A DNA stretch of 63,809 bases, filler included, from Thraustochytrium aureum (Eukaryota): the NCBI GenBank assembly GCA_012862495.1. It is 6 parts of 5 records of this genome, joined end to end, with 100 filler letters (N's around TTAATTAATTAA, not from the genome) between each part and the next. Parts side by side here need not be neighbours in the genome. Positions count along the whole stretch, not along the records: positions 1 to 13,548 come from BLSG01000270.1; 5 more parts are not named here. The stretch is one strand, 5' to 3'. Within the stretch, counting starts at the first letter, position 1, and each line of letters begins with the position of its first letter. The notes beneath the pieces are model-generated. The model was not told the origin of the DNA. It searched no databases and saw only the letters and a program-made list of their open reading frames with translations. The position numbers were made by a program, and so were the translations under genes. Below are positions 1-9,729 of the stretch, one piece after another.

Positions 1-2
1 CC

Positions 3-710
3 CTGGAATTTACGACCCCCAAGACAGTGCTCACCAAGTCGCAGATGAAGCAGGTCGACGCCAAGCAGCAGCTCTTCAAGAACGACGCGTCCACCGAGGG
101 CGAGGCAGAGTTCCACTTTGGCAAGTCCATGACCACCGAGCAGACCCTTACTGTGAGCGCCACGCTCGGGATCTCCACGACAAAGAAGCTCTCTGTCGAG
201 TTCAAGCCAAAGGGCTTTGGCGTCGGCGGCGAAATGAGCACCACGTTCCAGGCGAGCATCCAGACGACCGGAAGCACTTCGCAGTCCAAGACGTACGACA
301 CGCGGACGACCCAGAAGATCAAGATCGCGCCTCGCACCTGCAGCCTCGCGTCGGTAGTGGTTCTCGAAGGGCACGAGACCCAGGAGTGGAGCGCCAGCGC
401 AGTGACCGACGGCGTCGACATCTTGGCGGTGCCGCCCACCAGGGCTGCGTACTTTGGCCCAAAGGTTGGCGTCATTCAGGGCGAGTCCTCGCGCGGGTAC
501 TTGTGGCACATCTCGGGCGATACGAAGGGCGACATGGGCGTCATCGGCGGCACGCTGTCCGGCGGCGTTGCGTTCCGCATAATCGTGTCCAACAAGGAGT
601 ACCCGATCGTCAACGGCGAGTGCGACCTCTCCGCAGCCAAGTCGCTCCGAGGCGCGATCGCCGAGGAACTGGGCACAGTGGTCTACGACTCTGGTGTCCA
701 GTCCGTGTAG
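3..710 (+). CDS. Aerolysin-like (ETX/MTX2-type) beta-pore-forming domain protein, 5'-partial
   Basis: Frame is open from the window start (LEFTTPKTVLTK...). Contains the FKND..EAEFHF motif, a Ser/Thr-rich strand (TTEQTLTVSATLGISTT), an alternating amphipathic hairpin (KLSVEFKPKGFGVGGEMSTTFQASIQ), a second S/T strand and 'QKIKIAPRTCSLASVVVLEG'. This layout is typical of aerolysin-fold toxins. Recognised by eye, no HMM run. Confidence 0.65.
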   Translation: MEFTTPKTVLTKSQMKQVDAKQQLFKNDASTEGEAEFHFGKSMTTEQTLTVSATLGISTTKKLSVEFKPKGFGVGGEMSTTFQASIQTTGSTSQSKTYDTRTTQKIKIAPRTCSLASVVVLEGHETQEWSASAVTDGVDILAVPPTRAAYFGPKVGVIQGESSRGYLWHISGDTKGDMGVIGGTLSGGVAFRIIVSNKEYPIVNGECDLSAAKSLRGAIAEELGTVVYDSGVQSV

Positions 711-1155
711 GCCATAACGCGAGCAGCAAGATCGCCAAGCCAAGCGGCGTGGCGGCCCGTCCATCGGAAGTCAGAAACGAAAAAAGCATCCACATTCATT
801 GCACATTCACATTCCATTTCATGTGTTGTGTCCCTGATTACGTCATTACTAAAACCGCTCGTCCGTACAGGCGGAGAACTTGTGGCCTTGCGTCATCCGC
901 CCTCGCTGACGCAATGCGGCTAAACGTATGCAGACAAACCTGCGGTTTCCGCGCAAGTGACGTCACATGCTCGTGACTGTGCAAAGCGGCGTCCCAGAGG
1001 ATGCAGGTCACCGATGTCTGTGGCAGACCTCGAACGAACTGTCGCTGTCGGGCACACAGTCTACGGACGAGCTGGGCCGCGCATGTCTGGTCGAGGCAAG
1101 CTAGTTTGCTGCGGCCGTGCCGTGGATTCGGCCAGGAAGAGAGAGCGGCGAATCG

Positions 1156-1890
1156 ATGGCCCATGCCATGCGCCTGGGCGCGACGTCCTCGTCCCCAAGC
1201 ACTGTTGTGTCGATTTCAGACAGTGAGAGCAGCGACGACGAGGACTCGATGGTGCAGTCGCCCGCCGAGCACGGTTTGTCCGTGCGCGCGACGCGAATCC
1301 CAAGCACTGTGGAGATACCTAGATTCGGACGAAGTGCTGCGCTGAGAAGCACGACCTTCGAGAGACCCTTCGGCTTTCAGGAGCAAGTGGGGCCGCCGCG
1401 CCCTTCGCAAGCGCCGCCCCAACGCCAGCTCACGACCATGACGGTGGGCATGACTGACGAGTTGCACAGTGTGAGACCCAGATTGCACTCTCGACCGGAG
1501 CCACGTTTCCGTTCCGCAGGGGAGCGCCTGCTTGGACAGAGCACGAAGCGCCGTAACGCGGTCGACAACAACGAGCGGCGAGCAAAGCGGCAAGCCAAGC
1601 GGCAGCGGACCAGTGAAGGGCTCTGTGCGGGGCCGTCTGAATGCTACATTTGCTGCAGTGAAAAGCAGTCGTTCGTGGTGTTTCCGTGCTCGCACAGCGC
1701 GTGCTCCCTGTGCTGCGTCAAGATGCTCCTCAGCACGCGAGAGCACAGGTGCCCGGTTTGCCGGCACCCTTTTTCGAAAGGCGAGCTCGATGAGTTCGAG
1801 GAGGTGATTGCAATGCCAAGTGGCGCCGCGTCCACCGTTGCACTTCCCGACGCAGCTCGCAGCGGTGAGGGCCAGCCCCTGCGTCGCTAG
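1156..1890 (+). CDS. C3HC4 RING-finger protein with low-complexity N-terminus
   Basis: CYICCSEKQSFVVFPCSHSACSLCCVKMLLSTREHRCPVCR matches RING-HC spacing. First in-frame ATG is at 1156. Confidence 0.8.
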   Translation: MAHAMRLGATSSSPSTVVSISDSESSDDEDSMVQSPAEHGLSVRATRIPSTVEIPRFGRSAALRSTTFERPFGFQEQVGPPRPSQAPPQRQLTTMTVGMTDELHSVRPRLHSRPEPRFRSAGERLLGQSTKRRNAVDNNERRAKRQAKRQRTSEGLCAGPSECYICCSEKQSFVVFPCSHSACSLCCVKMLLSTREHRCPVCRHPFSKGELDEFEEVIAMPSGAASTVALPDAARSGEGQPLRR

Positions 1891-2590
1891 ATGATCGAAC
1901 AAGCGTCGTCAGGAGCTTGCCATGGTCCAACTTCTTTGACCCGAAGGGCCGAAGGCCGCGTGAGCGAGTTCCTCGCCGATGCCTCGCGTCAACGTCGAAG
2001 GGCTCGAGCCCTGCGCCATCTAAGCAGAGTACTTTAACTTTTAAAAGACATGCAATGTGTTCGAGCTGTTGCTGGGCTGATCTGGGACCGGTTCTCGAGC
2101 ACGCAGAATCTGTACCGCGGGAACGGCGTGGGGCGAGAAAAAAAGTGGCGAGCGAACAACGCTGGATCGCCGAATACCGGTAGAGTACATTGGGAGGTAG
2201 AGTACAGAGTATGCCACAGGCTGCCAGGGCTGAAGAAGAATACAGAATACCTACAGAATACAGAACATCTGCCTTGCGCAACTAGCTGCGGCCTTGAGGA
2301 ACGCGAGGCGAGTACCGGTACTCGTACCTACTGGAGTAGTCTGCATGCCCCGGGGACCGGCGTGGGCAGTCCTGAAACGCCACGGCGGCTCATCGCGAAC
2401 ACAGGCGAGGTCGGCTCTCAACATCACGACACCTGTGGGTCCACAACACGTTTGGCGCTTTGGATCAGCGAGCCGAGACGGTCAACAGCCGACAAAGCAG
2501 AGATCGACTGAGCGGGCTCGATCGAAAAGCACGAGTTTGAGTTTGGCCACGTGCGACTTCTGTTGAGGGCCTCCAGCGAGACAGGGCAGC

Positions 2591-2941
2591 ATGGAAAGCG
2601 GCGTCCTCGCTGGGATAATCATTGGCTCTCTGGCAGGGCTTGCGCTCCTCATCGCTGGCCTGCACCAGTGGGTCTCGGGCTTGAAAGGCGACGGATTCTT
2701 TGGGGTTGGCAAGGGCACTTCGACAAGCGCGGTCAAGTCGGGCTGGTCGCTGCTCTGCGCGTACGGCCTATTTTCGACCACGACAATCGCCGGGGTCTTT
2801 GGCTTCAACGCGCTATTTTCGGTCGTTTCGATAAACAGCGCCTTCTCGATCCTCTCTGTGAACAGCGCGCTGTCGATCCTCTCTGTGAACAGCGCGCTGT
2901 CGATCGGCTGCGACAACGAGGTCATGAGCATCTGCATCTAG
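2591..2941 (+). CDS. Small hydrophobic/membrane protein with 9-aa repeats (NSALSILSV)
   Basis: 116-aa ATG-to-TAG ORF with an N-terminal hydrophobic helix, a second hydrophobic segment and about 3-4 copies of a 9-aa unit encoded by a 27-bp tandem repeat. Confidence 0.6.
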   Translation: MESGVLAGIIIGSLAGLALLIAGLHQWVSGLKGDGFFGVGKGTSTSAVKSGWSLLCAYGLFSTTTIAGVFGFNALFSVVSINSAFSILSVNSALSILSVNSALSIGCDNEVMSICI

Positions 2942-3102
2942 AGCTAGAGCTAGCTCGCTTGGTGGGCCGTGCGACGCGCCCTTGCGGGACCCACTTTTGT
3001 ACTTTCTTGAAAGCTCCAGCAACGGTAGTGTGGTTATTTTTGGTGGTATTCCGCAGGGCTCGGGCTTGCGGCCGCGCGCTGCCGCAGGTGCAAACACCTC
3101 CC

Positions 3103-6100
3103 CTAGCCCGTCCTGTACTGCGCGGGCGCCCCGTGCGCGTGAAACTGTTGCTGTTGTTGCTGCAAGAGCTGGCTCACGTGCTGCTGATGTGCAAGTTGCT
3201 GCTGTTNNNNNNNNNNNNNNNNNNNNNNNNNNNNNNNNNNNNNNNNNNNNNNNNNNNNNNNNNNNNNNNNNNNNNNNNNNNNNNNNNNNNNNNNNNNNNN
3301 NNNNNNNNNNNNNNNNNNNNGGTAGTGCACTTGCTGCCACTGGGGGTCATACACGGCATCCTGGCGCACTGGGGCCGGCGGCAGAAACTGCGCCTGCTCC
3401 GCCGCATCCCGGAACCCAGGTTGGGGCGGCCTGCGCGACTTTGGCTCGCCCGGCGCTCCGACCCCCTCGGACCTGCTGCGCCTGCGCAACTGGATGCTCC
3501 TCTTCGACTCGCCCTCCGGGCTGGTTTGGCTCGATGTGCCGTTGCTGGCCACTTGCACAGTCCTGGTCAGGCACATCCTCATCTTTTCCGTCTTGCAGTG
3601 CATTGTCGCCCGGCGAGGCTCGGGCCGGAGCCGGCTCCTGGCGTTGATGAGCCTTCTTGGCGCCCTTACGTCTTCCCCCCTTTTTCGTGAAACCGAGCGC
3701 AGTGACATGGGCGACGTCATCGGGATCTTGGTCCAGCAGGCGCCGCAAGTGCTCGAAACTGGCGCCGTACACCGCCCGCGCCTGGTCCTGGCTGATCGAC
3801 GCACTCGCTGCAGGCTCGGTGGCAAACAGAAGCAGCGTCGAGGCCTCCAGTTCCGGGAAAGCAGGTAAGCGGTCGGCAAGTCGCGATCGTCTTTTCGGCC
3901 GCCTTGGCCGTCTCATTCGGATTGAACTTTTGGCACTTTGCGTCTGTGAGCGAGTAGACCGACTTGAGGTAGTGCTTGAGCTGGAGCAAGAGCACAAAGT
4001 GCTGCGCTGTGCGGCACGCCCGGTGCAGGCCGAGCGCCGGAAACGCACGCGCCTGCGGCCCGCCCCGGCGATCGTCCTCTGCGTCGCTGTCCTCGTCGTC
4101 GCTGTCCGCTATGCCAAGCCGTTGTGCGATCGACTCGGTCAACGTCTCGCCGTGCAACGACGTGATGCGGTTAACCTGATAAACGAGGAAAAGCGGCTCC
4201 TCCTGCAGAGTGTAGGGCAGGGTTGCCAGGGTCTCTGCGACAAAGCGCAACGCTTGCAGAGGGATCTGGTCGCGCGATGCAGCTCGCTCAGCCACGACCG
4301 CATCGTCGGACGCGTCGCCAGTGCCGCCGCCGTACACGTCGGACGAGTCGGCCTGGAAAAGCGAGATGGCCGACTGCAGGAACCGGGAGCGGCTCACTGC
4401 ATTGCTGGCAAGACAGGACCGGTACAGGCGCGAGAAAAGCGAGAACGTCGGCTGCAACGGGCCCACACGAAAGTGGTCTGCCAGTCCCGGCGGCGGCACA
4501 GTGGCCCACACTTGCGGCGCAGTCTCCGCCTTGTACTTGTAGGCGCGCAGAATGCCCTGCACGGCGCGCGTTGTGAGAAACTCGGGGTGGCGCTCGTCCA
4601 GCTCGAGCAGAAACTGGTGCGCGGTCTGGTGCACGACCCACTTGTCGTCCGACTCGAGCGTGACCATGGGCTCGATGCACAGGAGCGGGTTGACGAGCCC
4701 CTGCCGGAGCATTGTGCCCACTAGGAGCACGGCCTTGATGCGTACCTTGGTGGAGGGGTCGAAGAGCAGCGCGATGATTGAGGGCGAGTGCTTTTGCATG
4801 AGGGCTGCAATTATACCAGAGTCCGAGTCCTGGTCGCCGCTGACGCGCGCCACACGAGACGTGCGCTCCTCGAGGGCCTTGCGCGCTTCACCGTCCTCCA
4901 TACGTGTCTCGCCCAGCTGCAGGAGGTCGCACAGCGACGACAGCGCCTGCGCGCGCACGACGCTCTCCGGCTCCTTTGTCAGGCTCCACTGAATGAGCGA
5001 GTCGGGCCCCTGTTCATCATGAGCGCCTGCGAGGTCTCCAGCAGCAGGCCTAGCGCGCGCATCGCGTTCGCTCGGCATGCTTTGTGGCCCTTGTCATTCC
5101 CGTACGCGAGGACAAGCTCGAGACAGGTGTCGAGAGTGGCCGCGGTTGGCTCGGGAATCGCGAGGCACAGCGCCCCGCACGCCAGCACGGCGCGCAGCAC
5201 GTTGCTCACCACGCGGGCGTCTTGGCCTTGCAACGTGCGCTCCCCCCGCCGCTTGCTGAGAAAGCCCACAAACTTTTTCAGGGCGCCTACGAGCAATTCG
5301 GGGCTCCCGCCCGGCCGGCGAGCAAGCGCGCCCAAGCACTCGATCGCAGCCAGCATCGTCTCCGGGGCCTCGCGAAAGATCATCTGATGCGCCTCTGCAG
5401 CGAGGGAATCCAGCACGGCGGGCTTGAACTGCTTGGCTGTACCGAGCACGCGGGTGAAGCAACGAAGCAGGAGGCCCTGCACGTCGACTTTGTCCTCGTT
5501 GCGAATCTGCAGCTGCTCGACATTCAAGTAAGGCTGCAGGGTCTCGGCGAACGGCGCCAAGAGCTCCGCGTCGGCTTCGCAGAACAGGTCGATGGTCTGA
5601 AGGAGCTTTAGCGATAGCTCCTCCACATGCGTCGACTCGACCAACTTGCCCTCCGCGGTGACCAGCTCGGCGTCCTCGTCGTCTTGCACCTCGATGAGCT
5701 GGTCAACGAGGCTCTCGACCAGGCCGGTACACATTCTGCGGCTCTGTGCAAAGGCCAGCAGCGCTTTTTTGTCCGGCTTGTCCGCTTCAGCAGCGGCCGC
5801 GTCGTCAGCGAGAACGCCGAGCACGCCTTTGACGAGCGCGATGAGCCAAGCGTGGTCCTCCGTGGCGCCTACGAGAGCCACAATGTCGCTCGCGTTTCGT
5901 CGCACCTCGTCTGTGCACGGCAACCCCTTGAACGGCGAACGACCGAGGTAGGGCGTGCCTTGCACGGACGCCGCACTGCCGTGCCGCTGCATAGTGGACA
6001 TCATCGGGGTCGCCCCGCGCTGCGCTGACCGCACGGCTTGCATCGGCGTGCAAAAATGCGGCGTCCTGCTGCCAGAGTCGGCGGCATCTTCAGCGCTCAT

Positions 6101-8985
6101 CTCGTCGGTGCGAGCAGCAGGCGAATCGGACAACGAGCCGGATTGCCGCGCACTTGCTGGAGTCTGGTGGAGCGCTTCTGCGCCCGGCCCGTCGAGCGCC
6201 AACGCGTCGCCAAAGCTGTGCTCGGACGAGGCCCTTTGCAAACCGGGCAAGTCGGCGGGTTCGGTGAACCACATGTCTCTGAAGAGCGCGATGATCACCT
6301 CTCGCACAGAGTCCTCCTCTTGCTCGTCTGTGATACGCTGCACGAGGCCTGCATGGATCGCGGTCCTATCGTAGCCAACTTTGTGCAGAATGAGGAGATC
6401 GCGGAACGTCTTGACCACGCGCTTGCGCACGGAGAGGCCCATGTCGCTCAGTCGCTGGAGGAGCATGCTCTCGTACGACTGGGCGAGCTCCGGCTTGGCA
6501 AGCACATATTTGCCCACAAGCTCGAGCGTGGCCTCTCGCACAGAGATCGACTCGTCCAGGACGCGCTGCTCGACCGCCTTCTTGACGCGCTCGTCCTTCA
6601 TGAGCTCCGGGTTGGCCTCCAACACGACCCCAAGCGCCTTGATGGCGCGCGCGCGGAACGAGGGCTGTCCGGTGCCCAAGATAACGAGCAGCCGGGCCAG
6701 CATGACGTCGCTAACCTCCTTGGTGCAGAGCCCAGACGGGCTCGTGGCTGCCAGGTGCTTTACGATCGCGTGGGCTGCGAGCCGCGATATGGACCGTTTG
6801 CTTCGCCCCGCGGCCCCGCAGCTCGTCGCGTCTTCGACAACCTCCCGCCGCTGCAGCCATTGCTGCCGAAGCACGGGCCCGCTTCGCGCGTCGAGCTTGC
6901 GCGCAGCGTCGGCGCTTGCCCAGTGCGCCACGCAGTACTCGTACGCGAACAAGGACGCTGCCGACCCCTCAGCTGCGCGGCTCGCCAAAAAGTTGAGGTA
7001 GAGTTGCCGAAAGGCGGCCAGGTCGCGGAGGGACTCGTCGCTGGCCGTCTGGGTCTGTGGGCGGCTCGACTCGCCCGCCTCGTCCTCCTCCTTCTCTGCC
7101 GATGGCGAGCGGTCTGGCACGCCCGGGGTCTGCTCGCCAGGCTCACCGAGCGCCGCTTGATGGGACGCGGAGGCGGCACCCTTGCCCGCTCGGGGCCCCT
7201 CGTCACGATAAGCAAAGTTGGACTTGCCGAGCTGCTGAAGCATCACGCAGTCGTCGCACGTAAAGGTGCCGGCACGCTCCGGCGCGCTCAAGCACGACTT
7301 GTGGAAGAAAAACTCGCAGGCGACGCACAAAATGAGGTCAAACTCGCCCCCGTCCAGCTGCGCGGATGGGGCGGGCTGGCCTGCGCTGCCGACCAGCGCG
7401 AGCTCCTCCTCCTCCTCCTCCGCCTCGGTGCCGCGGCCTTTGGCCTGGCGTCCGCCATTTGCGCCCTCGCCGCTTTGGCACATCGGGCACTGGCGGCGGT
7501 CCGCCGACTTGCCAGGGCGGCCGCTTGGGAGCCTGAGGTGGTTGACCTGCGCCCAAGCCATGTCGCTCTGGATCCGCGCCAGAAGCTGCCCCAGCAGCGT
7601 CAGCGCCTGCGTCCCGAACTTTAGCTGCTTGGCCTGCTCTTTGCCTGTTGACTTGGCGTTCTGCTTGAGGAGCTTGTTGGCGAGGAACGCGCTCAGCAAG
7701 GTGAGCACGAGTTCTGCGGCGGGCCACTCTGGGGCGTGCAGGATCAGCAGCAGGTCCTCGACAAAGTTACTGAGAAACAACCGCAGCTGTTTCGTGTCCT
7801 CCTCGTCGGCGTGCTCTTGTGGCGACGCACAGCGTTCCAGGAGCTTGTGCAAAAAGTCCTTTGCCACTGCGCGGCACCGCTGCACGTCGGGAATCTCGCC
7901 CACGTCGCGCAGCGACGGCTGGCACACACACTGGATCAGCTCGAGCACGGTCGCCGTGACGGCTTGCACGTGCTGGTTCTCCACGCGGAAGGTTCGCAGC
8001 GCTCGCGCAGAGCGCGGCAGCTTGACCAGAACGTCGATGATTTCGTCGATGATGTACGAGCGGTGCTCTGCGTGCTGGCGGAACAGAGAGCGCAGCAGCT
8101 CGATCGAGATCTGCTGCAGCTGCACCACGCTGCTTGCGTGCCGCATCGACTTTGACGGCTCCACGGCGAGCGAGGACACGCACAGCCCCGCGACTTGCAG
8201 CAAAAGTTCGTCCTCCAGCTTGTGCACCACAGCTACCGTGCGGTCCAGGCCGATCATTACGTTGCCCAGCGCCGTCGCTAGGTTGGCGAGTGCGACGGAC
8301 CCGAGCGTGGCCTGGGCTTGCGCGTCACTCTCTCCTCTGCCTCTGCCTGCGGTGTTGCTCTCCGCCGCGTCCTCGTTTTCGTCATCGTCGTCGTCGCTCA
8401 TGTCTGGCGCCTGGCCTGCTTTCCGCTTCGACTTTGCCTTGCTCGCCTTGCGCTTGCCTTGGCGCCGCTTTGCTTTGCTCTGCGAGCGCTGTCTCGCGGC
8501 TCCAAATTTTGAAGCAAAGGTGGGGTCTGCGGCAGGGAAGATCACATCGTGCAAGAGGTTGCGGCACAGGGAGATGACGCCTTCAAGCGCCTCGCCCGAC
8601 ACGACACGCTGGTCAACCCCTGCGGCAGTCATAAGCGCCAGAACGGTGTGTGCAAGGTCGAGCTGCCGCGCCCAGTCGAGGGAGGCGCCAGCGTCGCGGA
8701 TCGCAGAGTCGAGCAGTTTGACAAAGTCCAGCACGACGTCCTGGTCTGCTTTTCCGACGACCCCCCTGCGCGCTTCGCCCTCCACGTGTCCGCAGACCGC
8801 CAAGAGGTCGTCGCTCGCGTCGACGTTCCCGCCTCCTTCCCTCATCCCTGCCAACGCCGCGCTCTCGCAGCCCCTCAGCCGGTCTGCTGCTTGCTCGTCC
8901 CCTCGCTGCACGACATCCCGCAGCAAGTCCGTGAGCCGCTCAGCATCTCCATCCACAGCACAGCAGCAACCGCGTTCGCCTTCCT
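3103..8985 (-). CDS. NIPBL: Cohesin loader Nipped-B/SCC2 (HEAT repeats, PHD finger, C-terminal domain); 5' end at a gap, split by 2-3 single-base frameshifts
   Basis: Contains SCC2 motifs FVEDLLLILHAPEWPAAELVL, FRARAIKALG, DESISVREATLELVGKY, DMGLSVRKRVVK, LRQGLVNPLLCIEPMVTLESD, LATLPYTLQEEPLFLVYQVN and LLQLKHYLKSVYSLTDAKCQKFNP. Frame switches near 5008 (GGGG run) and near 3860. The Q-rich tail to 3103 needs a further shift and is less certain. Confidence 0.9.
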
Positions 8986-9729
8986 NNNNNNNNNNNNNNN
9001 NNNNNNNNNNNNNNNNNNNNNNNNNNNNNNNNNNNNNNNNNNNNNNNNNNNNNNNNNNNNNNNNNNNNNNNNNNNNNNNNNNNNNNNNNNNNNNNNNNNN
9101 NNNNNNNNNNNNNNNNNNNNNNNNNNNNNNNNNNNNNNNNNNNNNNNNNNNNNNNNNNNNNNNNNNNNNNNNNNNNNNNNNNNNNNNNNNNNNNNNNNNN
9201 NNNNNNNNNNNNNNNNNNNNNNNNNNNNNNNNNNNNNNNNNNNNNNNNNNNNNNNNNNNNNNNNNNNNNNNNNNNNNNNNNNNNNNNNNNNNNNNNNNNN
9301 NNNNNNNNNNNNNNNNNNNNNNNNNNNNNNNNNNNNNNNNNNNNNNNNNNNNNNNNNNNNNNNNNNNNNNNNNNNNNNNNNNNNNNNNNNNNNNNNNNNN
9401 NNNNNNNNNNNNNNNNNNNNNNNNNNNNNNNNNNNNNNNNNNNNNNNNNNNNNNNNNNNNNNNNNNNNNNNNNNNNNNNNNNNNNNNNNNNNNNNNNNNN
9501 NNNNNNNNNNNNNNNNNNNNNNNNNNNNNNNNNNNNNNNNNNNNNNNNNNNNNNNNNNNNNNNNNNNNNNNNNNNNNNNNNNNNNNNNNNNNNNNNNNNN
9601 NNNNNNNNNNNNNNNNNNNNNNNNNNNNNNNNNNNNNNNNNNNNNNNNNNNNNNNNNNNNNNNNNNNNNNNNNNNNNNNNNNNNNNNNNNNNNNNNNNNN
9701 NNNNNNNNNNNNNNNNNNNNNNNNNNNNG

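Noticed and set aside
7266..8985. Long antisense or overlapping ORFs here and throughout the track, and ORFs reading through N gaps
   Set aside because: These are expected shadows of high-GC coding sequence and X read-through, with no recognisable domains.
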